A stretch of 64,000 nt of DNA from Candidatus Pacearchaeota archaeon (GTDB taxonomy: Archaea; Nanobdellota; Nanobdellia; Pacearchaeales; GW2011-AR1): assembly GCA_023133415.1 (NCBI GenBank), contig JAGLWM010000003.1, forward strand, positions 10,544 to 74,543. The letters are read 5' to 3'. Shown piece after piece: positions 44,354-54,249 of this stretch. Position 1 is the first letter of the stretch. Every line of letters starts with the position of its first letter. Both the position numbers and the translations under genes were made by a program. The notes beneath the pieces are model-generated. The model ran no database searches and was not told where the DNA came from. It saw nothing but the letters and a program-made list of their open reading frames with translations.

Positions 44354-45762
44354 ATAAAAGACAAGCGCGAACTAAGAGCGCAACAAATTCGACCACCGAC
44401 AATCGACAATCGACAACCGACAAATTTGTAACTCTAAAAACCAAACTCCGACAAATCCAACAAGGAAAGCTAACCGCCCTAGAAAACCTAATGCACTTCT
44501 CAAAAAAAATCGCAACACCCGAAACCGAAGACCTAAACATCTTCCTCTCCCTAAACGAAGATGCAATCGAACAAGCAAAACAAATAGATAAACGAATAAA
44601 AGAAAACAAGGCAGGTAAACTCGCCGGACTCTGCTTCGCAATCAAAGCAAACATCTCCGCAAAACACCAAACAATATCCTGCGCGTCCAAAACCCTCGAA
44701 AACTACACCGCCCCATTCAATGCAACCGTGATAAACAAACTCCTAGCTGAAGACGCAATCCTACTCGGCATCCTAAATATGGACGAATTCGCGCTAGGCT
44801 CCTCAGGGGAAACCTCGGCATTCGGACCAACAAAAAACCCAACTAACCCAGAACTAATACCAGGCGGAACATCTTCAGGACCAGCAGCAGCAATAGCAGC
44901 CAACCTAGCCGATTTCACACTAGGCTCCGACACAGGAGGCTCAATCCGAAACCCCGCCTCGCACTGCGGAATCACAGGCCTAAAACCAACATACGGCGCA
45001 GTCTCAAGATACGGACTACTAGACGCCGCAATGTCCTTTGACACAATCGGACCAATGACAAAAACTCCAGAAGACGCCAGATTAATATTCAACATAATCA
45101 AAGGACAAGACAACTTCGACCAAACCACCACCGACTACCGAGGGTCTACCCCAGACTCACCGAAAGGCGCAATCGGGCTAGTAAATATAAAAAAATTCGC
45201 CGACGAAAGAATAGCAAACCTAATCGAAAAACAAGCCAAAGAAATAGCAAAACAACACAACTGGACAATAAAAAAAATAGACCTACCTCTAGACATAGCA
45301 CTAGAAACATTCTACATAATAAACTACACAGAATTCTTTTCAAGTTCACGAAAATACGATGGAAGAAGATTCGGCAAAAAAATCGAAGACTCCGCAGGAC
45401 CAGAAGTGCTCCGAAGAATTATCGGTGGCTCCGAAATCACAAAAGCAGAACATGACGGAAAATTCTACCGCGAAGCCCTAAAAGCCAGAAACCACATAAA
45501 ACTCCAATTCAAAAAGATATTTGAAGAAGTCGATGCAATAATTCTACCAACATCACCAAAACTCCCGCACAAAATCGGAGAAACAATAACAGTAGAAGAA
45601 ATGTACGCATACGACGTAACAACAGTGCTAGCAAACATAGCCGGCCTCCCAGCAATATCAATCCCAGCAGGACAAATAGATAACAAAAACGTCGGACTCC
45701 AAATCATGGTCCCACACTTTCAAGAAGAATTAATTTTCAAACTAGCAAAGGATTTTGAGTAA
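44350..45762 (+). CDS. gatA: Asp/Glu-tRNA amidotransferase subunit A
   Basis: Amidase signature GGTSSGPAAAIA and GSDTGGSIRNPASHCG. The first 25 codons are repeat-derived. Confidence 0.9.
   Translation: MNKRQARTKSATNSTTDNRQSTTDKFVTLKTKLRQIQQGKLTALENLMHFSKKIATPETEDLNIFLSLNEDAIEQAKQIDKRIKENKAGKLAGLCFAIKANISAKHQTISCASKTLENYTAPFNATVINKLLAEDAILLGILNMDEFALGSSGETSAFGPTKNPTNPELIPGGTSSGPAAAIAANLADFTLGSDTGGSIRNPASHCGITGLKPTYGAVSRYGLLDAAMSFDTIGPMTKTPEDARLIFNIIKGQDNFDQTTTDYRGSTPDSPKGAIGLVNIKKFADERIANLIEKQAKEIAKQHNWTIKKIDLPLDIALETFYIINYTEFFSSSRKYDGRRFGKKIEDSAGPEVLRRIIGGSEITKAEHDGKFYREALKARNHIKLQFKKIFEEVDAIILPTSPKLPHKIGETITVEEMYAYDVTTVLANIAGLPAISIPAGQIDNKNVGLQIMVPHFQEELIFKLAKDFE
44364..44424. repeat. Composite element: AGCGCGAACTAAGAGCGCAAC head plus CGACNNN x5 tract
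   Basis: Head at 44364-44384. Units at 44390, 44397, 44404, 44411 and 44418. Palindrome ACAAATTTGT at 44420-44429. Confidence 0.75.
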
Positions 45763-45763
45763 A

Positions 45764-46237
45764 TTATCTGGGTCTTAAATTGTCTTCAAAATAATTTTCA
45801 GCTTTTGACAAATCCCCTGAATTAATCAATTCGTCTTCTGGAAACTTTTTATTTATTTGCATACCTATTATTTTCCCTATCTGTTCTTCAATTAAATGCC
45901 TATACGCTTCCCCTAATGTCATGCTTGAACTTAATTCTGAATAATCAACTGGTGAGCCAATCTTTATTACTCCTTCATTCTCCTCTTTAATTATCTGATT
46001 TTCTAATCCGCTATTTATTAATTCAGAAATTTGTTTTTGTTTATCCTTTCCCACTAATTGATAATGTAAATCATAAAAATCGCCCCATGTTAATTTCAAA
46101 CTTTCCGCAGAGTCTAAGGTTGCTTTTAACGTTTTGTCATAATTTGAATCACAAACTCCATGACAGTTATTTGCAAACACATTTTCCATAGCACTATATA
46201 ACGTGGTTAATACTCTTAATTTTTGCATTTGTCCCAT
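45764..46237 (-). CDS. Hypothetical protein
   Basis: ORF only, low-GC island composition. Confidence 0.45.
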   Translation of the reverse strand: MGQMQKLRVLTTLYSAMENVFANNCHGVCDSNYDKTLKATLDSAESLKLTWGDFYDLHYQLVGKDKQKQISELINSGLENQIIKEENEGVIKIGSPVDYSELSSSMTLGEAYRHLIEEQIGKIIGMQINKKFPEDELINSGDLSKAENYFEDNLRPR

Positions 46238-46340
46238 TTAATTAAAATTCTTTCTATGTATAAAAACATTTATGTTTTCTATTATAATTATTAAAAACTC
46301 AAACAGCAACATTTATCAATCCAAAATCACCTAAACTAAA

Positions 46341-47342
46341 ATGCCAAAAATAACATTCAATCAAGCAAAAAAATTCCTAGACAACATCACAAAAAAAGAC
46401 AAAGTCGCAATCATCCATCACGACGACGGAGACGGCTTCTGCTCCGGAATCCTATTCTACGACCACTGCATCTCCCGCGGCGCAACCGTCAAAACATTCC
46501 CTTACAGTCTCTCCAAAACTTCCCTTAAAACCCTTCCCTTAAAACCCTTCAACAAAATAATCATAACCGACATCTCAACAAAAGCAATCCGGGAAGAAAT
46601 CGAATTCATAAAACACAAACAAATCTTCCTAACCGACCACCATCCAAAATTCCCACTCCCAAAAAAAATCCTTCAACTCATAACAACCGACCAAGGCTAC
46701 ATCCCATCATCCAGAACAACCTACGAATTAACAAGGCAAAAAAAATGGCTAGCCCTAATTGGAACAATCTCAGACTCAGCTAACCTCTATAAAGAAAACA
46801 CCAAATTCATAAACGACTTTCTAAAAGAACAAAACATAACCCTCGAAGAATTCAAAAAAAATTACGTCTACCCATTATCAAATACAATAACATATTTCAA
46901 AGATACCCCACAAAAAATCTTCCCAATCCTCAGTAAACTAACTTCCCTAAAAAAAATACTCAAACTCAAAAAATACTCAAAAGAAATCGAAAAAGAAATC
47001 GAAAAATTCGCCAAACAATACGAAACCAAAAAAGAAGAATTCAACGATATTTCATTTTTCCAATATAAGCCAAAATTCTCAATCAGCACACCATTAATCA
47101 ACGTCATCACAACAAAATACCCCGAAAAAATCCACATCTTATTATCCCAAAAAGGAGATAAAATCAACATCTCCACCCGTGATCAATCAGAAAAAATTGG
47201 AGTAAACAAACTTCTAGAAAAAGCAACAAAAAATTTAGAAAACGCAAAATCCGGCGGTCATCCGCGAGCCTCAGGCGGCCAAATCCAGAAAAAAGATTTA
47301 GAAAAATTCAAACAAAACATTAAGAATCTAATAAAAAAATAA
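46341..47342 (+). CDS. DHH/DHHA1 family phosphoesterase (second paralogue)
   Basis: HHDDGDGFCSG, TDHH and SGGHPRASGG motifs. Confidence 0.7.
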   Translation: MPKITFNQAKKFLDNITKKDKVAIIHHDDGDGFCSGILFYDHCISRGATVKTFPYSLSKTSLKTLPLKPFNKIIITDISTKAIREEIEFIKHKQIFLTDHHPKFPLPKKILQLITTDQGYIPSSRTTYELTRQKKWLALIGTISDSANLYKENTKFINDFLKEQNITLEEFKKNYVYPLSNTITYFKDTPQKIFPILSKLTSLKKILKLKKYSKEIEKEIEKFAKQYETKKEEFNDISFFQYKPKFSISTPLINVITTKYPEKIHILLSQKGDKINISTRDQSEKIGVNKLLEKATKNLENAKSGGHPRASGGQIQKKDLEKFKQNIKNLIKK

Positions 47343-47433
47343 CTTCCAAATTACACATATTCTTTTAAACAAAACCCTCTCTTTATTATTGACAAATTTC
47401 ATTTATTGAAAGGAGGTATAAAGAAAAGAGAAA

Positions 47434-48513
47434 ATGCCATTAGATTTTGCAAAAGAAGCAATACAAACTGCAGAAGCAAATTCAATCAATTTCGACGAAC
47501 TTAGAGCAGGAAAAGCCTCGATCAAAGTTTTCGGATGCGGAGGATGCGGATGTAACATGGCGACCTGGCTATTCAACAAAGGTATCAACGGCGCAACAAT
47601 TTTCGGAATAAACACCGATGCGCTACATCTATCCATCACAAAAGCTGACGAGAAGCTCCTAATAGGAAAAGAGCTGACCCGAGGACTAGGATGCGGAGGA
47701 TACCCTAAGAAAGGAAGAGAAGCAGCAAAGGAGTCTCTCACCGACCTGAAGAAATCCGTAGCGAATTCGGATATGGTTTTCGTTCTGGCTGGTATGGGAG
47801 GCGGATCTGGAACAGGATCTATCCCAGTAGTTGCACAACTCGCAAAAGAAGCAGGCGCAGTAGTTATTGCAGTTGTAACAATGCCCTTCGAGGCAGAAAA
47901 AGCAAGAATCGACAAAGCAGAGTTTGGACTACAAGAACTTCGAGAAACAGTCGACACAGTAATCGTTCTAGATAACAATCGACTAGTAGACATCGCAGGT
48001 CAGCTACCAATGGAACAAGCTTTCGCAGTAGCAAACGAGTTAGTCTCCACAATGATTAAAGGAATCGTAGAATGTATTACAATCCCTTCCCTGATCAACC
48101 TAGACTACGCCGATGTATCATCCATTATGAGAAATGGAGACGTCGCAGTAATCGGAATAGGTGAGGACAACTCCAACGCACGAGTGGACGCCGCAGTACA
48201 ACAAGCACTAACGCACCCACTTCTCGACGTGGACTACATGGGCGCAACCGGCGCACTAATCCATATCACATGCGGACCCGATATGAAGCTAGAAGAATTC
48301 GACAGTATTGGACGACTGGTAACTGAGAATCTATCTCCAGAAGCACAAGTCATCATCGGTGCACGAGTTAACAAAGAATTCCAAGGAAGAGTAAGAGTCA
48401 TAACAATTATGACCGGAGTAAAATCTCCTTACATCCTAGGAAAAAACTCAAATCGATTCGACCAAGAAGACACAGTAAGCGTCAACGAACTCGGACTTGA
48501 TGATTTAAGCTAA
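47434..48513 (+). CDS. ftsZ: Cell division protein FtsZ
   Basis: GCGGCGCN, GMGGGSGTGS (tubulin signature) and VVTMPF motifs. Confidence 0.9.
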   Translation: MPLDFAKEAIQTAEANSINFDELRAGKASIKVFGCGGCGCNMATWLFNKGINGATIFGINTDALHLSITKADEKLLIGKELTRGLGCGGYPKKGREAAKESLTDLKKSVANSDMVFVLAGMGGGSGTGSIPVVAQLAKEAGAVVIAVVTMPFEAEKARIDKAEFGLQELRETVDTVIVLDNNRLVDIAGQLPMEQAFAVANELVSTMIKGIVECITIPSLINLDYADVSSIMRNGDVAVIGIGEDNSNARVDAAVQQALTHPLLDVDYMGATGALIHITCGPDMKLEEFDSIGRLVTENLSPEAQVIIGARVNKEFQGRVRVITIMTGVKSPYILGKNSNRFDQEDTVSVNELGLDDLS

Positions 48514-48541
48514 ACAAAAACCAACTTTTTATTTTATTTTT

Positions 48542-48568
48542 AATCCCTCGCCCAAAAGGCGAGGATTA
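48542..48568. terminator. Hairpin between convergent ftsZ and nitroreductase genes
   Basis: Stem CCTCGCC/GGCGAGG (48546-48552 with 48558-48564), loop CAAAA, T-rich flanks on both sides. Confidence 0.4.
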
Positions 48569-48619
48569 TAATTCTTTTATCTTATATTTACAAAATTATA
48601 ACAACCCCATTTGAAGTTT

Positions 48620-49201
48620 TCAAACAGACTCTCGCCTAAGCTTCGTCTGCAACTTCATCTCCTCCTGCCCATACTTCCCAAAAAACAAGATATTCTCCAA
48701 CTTCACATTCCTGACCCTAGATTTGAGATCTGCCAAGCGACCAGCCTTAATCCTTCTTCCCACAGGAAAAATCCCCTCAATCTTTACACCCTCCGGAATC
48801 TCCAAAATCCTACGAACCTGCTCATCTACAAAATACCAAACCCAACTAGTCACCAACTTCTCCTCCTCTAACGCCAACAAAAAATTCTCAATCGCCGCCC
48901 CGACATGCTGCCTAGCATACATCTCACCCCGCTCTCCATAACTCCGAATCAAACTCTTATCATCACTCACAACAACCACAACAGTCCTCGCCTTCCTGAT
49001 AAAACTTTGCTGACTAGCATCCGCCAATCTCTTAATTACCTTCTCATCACTAACCAAAATAAACCGCGCAGAAAAATGATTCCCCGCCATCGGAGCAAAC
49101 CGCGCAGCATCAATCGCCCGAACAATCTTCCTCCAATCCGGCTTCTTCGAATCATATCTTTTCACATCCGCCCGCTTCTCAATTACATCCCTCAACTTCA
49201 T
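48620..49201 (-). CDS. Nitroreductase-family protein
   Basis: RADVKRYDSKKPDWRKIVRAIDAARFAPMAGN and the overall size fit the nitroreductase fold. Start moved to MKLRDV. Confidence 0.7.
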   Translation of the reverse strand: MKLRDVIEKRADVKRYDSKKPDWRKIVRAIDAARFAPMAGNHFSARFILVSDEKVIKRLADASQQSFIRKARTVVVVVSDDKSLIRSYGERGEMYARQHVGAAIENFLLALEEEKLVTSWVWYFVDEQVRRILEIPEGVKIEGIFPVGRRIKAGRLADLKSRVRNVKLENILFFGKYGQEEMKLQTKLRRESV

Positions 49202-49241
49202 AATCCAATCACACAAAAGAACTTTATAAAATTAGCGGGAA

Positions 49242-50180
49242 TTAGTCATAAGACAAAACTTTCTCAAAAGCCATCTTATAATTTTTAGCACAATTCCCAA
49301 TATACAAATCTTCTCTCGGAAACTCATAACTACTCTTCCTCTCCATACACCTATGTAACGAATCAGCAACCTCTCGAGAGTCTATAAAAGGAATATCTTT
49401 ATCACAAAGAGGTTCAAAAGAAAGAACATCTTCCAAAACAACTTCTCCAGAACCCTTAACCAACTCCTTAGTTCCCCCACTTTCAGCACAAATAACTGGC
49501 AACTCCGAAACTAAAGCCTCAATAACAGAATTTGGACAAGAATCATTATAAGCCAAATGAATAAAATAATCGGCACTAGAATAATATTTAGACAAAGCAG
49601 AAGGAGAAATTTCACCCAAATAATTAACATTATCTAAATCAGATTTCATATCAGGAGCACCCAAAACAATCAATTCAGAATTAGGAATATTCGAAAAACG
49701 AAATCCCTCGACAATTGAATCAAGCCGCTTATCAGGTCTCCATCTGGCAGAACACAAAAAAGTCACCTTGTCATTACCATTATTTTCTTTTCGAAACTCG
49801 CACGAATCCGCACCATTAGGAATCACAAAACTCATCTTTCCCACTTTACCTAAGTACCTATTAACCATAGCTTTACTGAACTTACTCTGATAAATAACGG
49901 CATCTACCTCTCTCCGAGTTTCACCTATACTTGAATTCTTCTCATTATAATCCACATCTAAATTATGATAAATTCCATCAAGTCTCTGAATTATTTTTGC
50001 ACCACCCCCCCTAGAATACTCAATATTAGAGTCTCTAATAAACGCCAAAAGAATATCATGTCTATCCTGTCTCCCAACAATATCAACGCCTATCTTCTCC
50101 AATTCCCCCGCAAGCCTCCTAGCAAAAATAACCGGACCAATATTCGCAGAATTTTCCAACATATTAATACAAACCTTCAT
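49242..50180 (-). CDS. Glycosyltransferase (GT4-like)
   Basis: C-terminal NDSCPNSVIEALVSELPVICAESGGTKELV resembles the GT-B EX7E region. Start moved to MKVCIN. Confidence 0.65.
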   Translation of the reverse strand: MKVCINMLENSANIGPVIFARRLAGELEKIGVDIVGRQDRHDILLAFIRDSNIEYSRGGGAKIIQRLDGIYHNLDVDYNEKNSSIGETRREVDAVIYQSKFSKAMVNRYLGKVGKMSFVIPNGADSCEFRKENNGNDKVTFLCSARWRPDKRLDSIVEGFRFSNIPNSELIVLGAPDMKSDLDNVNYLGEISPSALSKYYSSADYFIHLAYNDSCPNSVIEALVSELPVICAESGGTKELVKGSGEVVLEDVLSFEPLCDKDIPFIDSREVADSLHRCMERKSSYEFPREDLYIGNCAKNYKMAFEKVLSYD

Positions 50181-50964
50181 TTTTCTCCCTAGCTGTCCAA
50201 TCATAATAATTATAACCCTCACTTGTAAAATAACTATGTTTGACATTTCCAACATCAACACCAATCGACCTTAAACGATTAGATAAAAATTTAGAAATAG
50301 TAGTTTTTATTTCAGAAGCTCTAACATTAGACATATTAGAAGGATGCCACCTATATTTATAAAGAACTTCATTGTTTCTCTTTATCCTCTTCCCACCCAA
50401 ATTAATTGAAGCTTTTATAACGTGATCCCAATCCTCAACACAAAACATCCCTGAATCAAAACCTCCAATTTCATCATGTAGTTCTCTCTCAAAACATTTC
50501 AAATGACCAACAAAATTATAATGAAACAAATCTTTCATAGAAAATTCCTGATTCGGCCTATTACAAATAAATTTACCATTTTCATCTATTCTATCATGCA
50601 CAGAATATGAATATTTAACTTCTGGATTCTCAGAAAAAAAATCCAAACTTTTCTCCAATGCGTTAGGAACAAGTATATCATCCGAATCAAGAAGAGCAAT
50701 ATAGTTACCACCAGAAATATCTATAGCATTATTCCTAGAAATAGCAATGCCAGAATTTTTTGAATTTTTAAAAACGGTAACATTAGATTTCCCACGCCCC
50801 CAATTCCTAGCAATTTCATATGAGCCATCACCTGAGCCATCATCAATAATAACAACCTCATATTTATCTTCAGAAAGCGTTTGCGCACTCACAGAATTAA
50901 GAGTCTCATTAAGATATGATGCAGTATTATAAACTGGCACAATTACACTAATCTCAGGAACCAT
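50164..50964 (-). CDS. Family 2 glycosyltransferase
   Basis: ISVIVPVYNTASYLNETL, VVIIDDGSGDGS and LLDSDD motifs. Confidence 0.85.
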   Translation of the reverse strand: MVPEISVIVPVYNTASYLNETLNSVSAQTLSEDKYEVVIIDDGSGDGSYEIARNWGRGKSNVTVFKNSKNSGIAISRNNAIDISGGNYIALLDSDDILVPNALEKSLDFFSENPEVKYSYSVHDRIDENGKFICNRPNQEFSMKDLFHYNFVGHLKCFERELHDEIGGFDSGMFCVEDWDHVIKASINLGGKRIKRNNEVLYKYRWHPSNMSNVRASEIKTTISKFLSNRLRSIGVDVGNVKHSYFTSEGYNYYDWTAREKNEGLY

Positions 50965-50965
50965 T

Positions 50966-52126
50966 TCAAATTACTTGCTTAAAAACAGAAAGATATTCTT
51001 CGAGAATATTATCTGGAGAATGTTTAATTGACACCTTCGAAAAACCTTTCTCAGAAAAACTTCTCCTAAGCTTCTCACTCTCTTTTAAGCTGATCACTTT
51101 ATCCTCAAGATCCTCTATATTACCAGGTTCAAACAACAGTCCTTCGTCTCCCACAGACTCACTTATCCCTCCAACATTCGATCCAATAACCGGTTTCCCA
51201 CAAGCCATAGCTTCAAGAATTGTCAAAGGATTTCCTTCGTGTTTAGAGGGCAAAATAAAACAATCCATAGAATTGTAAGCATCCAATAACTCCTCGCCCT
51301 TCTTTTTCCCAATAAAATGAAAATGTTCTTCAGCCCCTATTTTTTTTACTCTTTGTTCAGTAGCCAACCTTTCCTCCCCATCTCCAACCATCAAGAAATG
51401 CATATTATGCAACAACCCTCCCTGCTTAAGACTCTCGGCCAAATAAGTAAAATGGTAAACTTGCTTAATCGGAGCAAAATTTGAAACATGCCCCACAACA
51501 AATGCGGTATTTGGAATTCCCAGCTCCGATCTCAAACCAGATTCTTTCGGATAAAATTCGCTGGAATTTACAAAATTAGGAATTATTTCCCCCTCTTTTA
51601 TAACTCCAAGTTCTTCTTCCGCGATTTTTTGAAGCTCTTTGGAAACATACGTCAAGGCATTTGCGCTATTAAGAGACAAACTTAAAATTGGACCAATATT
51701 TGGCTTCTTTCCATTAGTATGAATATCGCTTCCATGCCCCGTAACAACATAAGGCAAATGTTTCCCTTCTAATTTTCTTTGTTCCCTGGCAAGATATGCA
51801 GCAGCAGCGTGAGGAATAGCATAATTAGCATGAACCACATCTAAATCATATTTCTTATCAACATTACAAAGTTCAGAAGCAAGAGTCCAAACATATGGTT
51901 CATTCTTCATGCAAGGATAATCTATTTTTCTAACTTTATGAAGCCGAACTCCTAACTCTTGCATATGATCTGGATTCGTATCAGTATCATAGCCAATATA
52001 ATGAACCTCATTACCCCTTCGGGCAAGATGTTCTCCAAGCTTAGCAGTAATAATTCCACTTCCTCCCAAATGAGGATAATAAAACGAAAGTATTCCTATT
52101 TTTAATTTTTCTTTTCTGCAATTCAT
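50966..52126 (-). CDS. Family 4 glycosyltransferase, BshA-like
   Basis: KIGILSFYYPHLGGSGIITAKLGEHLARRGNEVHYI and LPSKHEGNPLTILEAMACGKPVIGSNVGGI motifs. Confidence 0.8.
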   Translation of the reverse strand: MNCRKEKLKIGILSFYYPHLGGSGIITAKLGEHLARRGNEVHYIGYDTDTNPDHMQELGVRLHKVRKIDYPCMKNEPYVWTLASELCNVDKKYDLDVVHANYAIPHAAAAYLAREQRKLEGKHLPYVVTGHGSDIHTNGKKPNIGPILSLSLNSANALTYVSKELQKIAEEELGVIKEGEIIPNFVNSSEFYPKESGLRSELGIPNTAFVVGHVSNFAPIKQVYHFTYLAESLKQGGLLHNMHFLMVGDGEERLATEQRVKKIGAEEHFHFIGKKKGEELLDAYNSMDCFILPSKHEGNPLTILEAMACGKPVIGSNVGGISESVGDEGLLFEPGNIEDLEDKVISLKESEKLRRSFSEKGFSKVSIKHSPDNILEEYLSVFKQVI

Positions 52127-52412
52127 TTCAATATTTCTCCATTATTCTAAAGAACCCAGCCGCCCAAATTCTTACTTTTAAACTTTTCTAATTTCAACAT
52201 CAGAATACAAAAAAATAACAAGGTTTCTTTATAAGCTTTATGCCCAATTCCATAATAACAACACCTTTCTAAGCAAATTCCAGCAAAACAAAGCATGGAC
52301 AAAATCTCCAGAAAATAAAACTTTCACTCACTCTAAAATTTTCATGTATTTATTCTCTTATTAAAAAAATTCAAACAAATTATTCACCTCCGACATCGTC
52401 GGTTCAAGTAAA

Positions 52413-52485
52413 ACGTCCGGAAGAGGACTCGAACCTCCGACATCACGGTTAACAGCCGTGCGCTCTACCTGCTGAGCTATCCGGA
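52413..52485 (-). tRNA. tRNA-Asn (anticodon GTT)
   Basis: The reverse complement GTCCGGATAGCTCAGCAGGTAGAGCGCACGGCTGTTAACCGTGATGTCGGAGGTTCGAGTCCTCTTCCGGACG folds as a cloverleaf: 7-bp acceptor stem and anticodon loop CTGTTAA. Confidence 0.85.
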
Positions 52486-52564
52486 CACATCAACTAAAAA
52501 TTTAAATCATTTTTAAAACTATTTATTCGACTCTTCCCACTCCCCAATGCCCACTTCTACCCAA

Positions 52565-52606
52565 CCCCTAATACCAAATCCCTAATACCTATCCCCAATC
52601 CCTTCC
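52565..52606. repeat. 7-nt-period C-rich tract (CCCCTAA TACCAAA TCCCTAA TACCTAT CCCCAAT ...)
   Basis: 52566-52585 matches 15383-15402 at 19 of 20 positions. Overlaps the last codons of the KH-protein gene. Confidence 0.45.
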
Positions 52607-53151
52607 CTCAACCCCAAATCCTCATCCATCTTATTAATCTTCGAACCCTGCCTCTCTAAAAACCCAAATACATTCCCATGCTTCGACCCACTAATCAAAC
52701 TCTCAATCCCCTGGATCGTCATAGCCAAATGATCAGCATCGACAATCACTCCGACATCATTCCCACTAATCACAATCGCAGCCCCAGTCAACTTCTCAAT
52801 CGTCTGACGAGCCCTACCCTCTCGCCCAATAATCCGCGACCTCACATCCTTCAAATTCTTCCGCCGTGTATGCTCCTTCACCTCAATAAATTCCAAAACA
52901 AAATCTTCATTCAACAACAACAACGCATCATCAATATCAAACCCAAAATCAACCGCATGAAGGACCTTTTCAACTAAAAACTCATTTAACTCATTCCCTT
53001 TAACGGTAATAATTCCGACCCTCGCCCCCTTATTCCGCAATTTGGGGTGTGCAGAACTGCGCCCAAACCCAATCTGAACCTTAACCTTATTCTCAATTAC
53101 AGGCACAGCCCTCTTAACTCTCCGCATATTCGAAATCAAAACACTTCTCAT
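52582..53151 (-). CDS. KH-domain RNA-binding protein (aDim2/Pno1-like)
   Basis: IIGREGRARQTIEKLTGAAIVISG and ...QGIESLISGSKHGNVFGFLE. Start moved to MRSVLI. Confidence 0.7.
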   Translation of the reverse strand: MRSVLISNMRRVKRAVPVIENKVKVQIGFGRSSAHPKLRNKGARVGIITVKGNELNEFLVEKVLHAVDFGFDIDDALLLLNEDFVLEFIEVKEHTRRKNLKDVRSRIIGREGRARQTIEKLTGAAIVISGNDVGVIVDADHLAMTIQGIESLISGSKHGNVFGFLERQGSKINKMDEDLGLREGIGDRY

Positions 53152-53408
53152 ATTACAACAAATAGAAAGAAGTTTATAAAATTGTGGATTCCTGCCAAGA
53201 AAACATTGCTCTTTCAACTTTATTCATTTTCAAAATGATCACATCCCACTCTTACCATGATTATCATTACTATTCACCCACCCTTTCTTCCGAAAAAACT
53301 TTTACATAAATAATACACCTGCTTACCAGAAAATCAAGTTATGCCGAATTTAAAAAATTAAAACTAACTTTTGTTAAATATGAATTATGAAGAAAATAAT
53401 TCAAACAT

Positions 53409-53633
53409 TTATCTTCGAGAACGAGTATTCCAACATCCCTTCATTTCTTCTATTGTTGCATATACTTCCGGAAATTGTTCGCTAAACTCTTTTTCTGACA
53501 TTAATGAATACATTTCATCAAGTACTTTCCATGCATCTCTCGCTAGCATTGAATCATCAAATGAAAGTGCTATGCCCATATTCTCACGAAAAGTCCCATA
53601 ATTCATTATTATTTTTTCAATATCTTTTTCCAT
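53409..53633 (-). CDS. Hypothetical protein
   Basis: ORF only, low-GC island composition. Confidence 0.4.
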   Translation of the reverse strand: MEKDIEKIIMNYGTFRENMGIALSFDDSMLARDAWKVLDEMYSLMSEKEFSEQFPEVYATIEEMKGCWNTRSRR

Positions 53634-53710
53634 AATTTCTTATGTATTCAAAACTTTATAAACTTTTTCACCCTGTTACTATTTTACGATAACTTCAATT
53701 TTCTAAATCC

Positions 53711-53815
53711 CACAAATTTTGATTCTTTCTGGATTCAGACGAGGCGGACGAACTTGTGACGTATTTACATACGCGAGAGTTTGTCCAACGAAGTATCAAC
53801 CAGAAAGAATCGAAA
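53711..53815. repeat. Intergenic ~105-nt element, copy C
   Basis: AATTTTGATT (53715), 12-bp outer inverted repeat 53721-53732 / 53800-53811 and central hairpin CGTAT-TTAC-ATACG (53760-53773). Ends at the aIF-1A stop codon. Confidence 0.5.
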
Positions 53816-54172
53816 TTAAAATTCTGATTCGTCGGTAGTCAACTTCCCCATCTGCTTCAACTTCGTAACCTGATTCGGCGTATACTTATACAAAACATCT
53901 CCCTTATTATCGTCAAACTCCCACGGCTCAATAATTATCGCATCTCCCTCTCTCAACCAAAGCCCTCTTCTCTTCCGCCCCGGCACCCTACAATTCCGCG
54001 TCTTCCCATCCATACATGAAACCATCATCCGACTCGCCCCACATCTCTGTGCAATAATCCCAATAACTTCACGACCCCTCGGCAACTTCACACGAACAAC
54101 CTTCTCCTCGCCACCAATAAAAACCTTAGCCTTATTCGGCTTCGACTTATCCTTAAACTTTCCAAATGCCAT
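53816..54172 (-). CDS. eif1a: Translation initiation factor aIF-1A
   Basis: GIIAQRCGASRMMVSCMDGKTRNCRVPGRKRRGLWLREGDAIIIEPW. Confidence 0.9.
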   Translation of the reverse strand: MAFGKFKDKSKPNKAKVFIGGEEKVVRVKLPRGREVIGIIAQRCGASRMMVSCMDGKTRNCRVPGRKRRGLWLREGDAIIIEPWEFDDNKGDVLYKYTPNQVTKLKQMGKLTTDESEF

Positions 54173-54249
54173 ATATTAAAATAAAAATCTTCCTATATAA
54201 AACTACCTCAAAAACAAAATTACCAATTCCCAGCACCCATAACAACCCT

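Noticed and set aside
47403-47993. 196-aa ORF antisense to ftsZ.
   Set aside because: The sense strand encodes the FtsZ signature motifs. The antisense product is low-complexity (S/A/P/T-rich).
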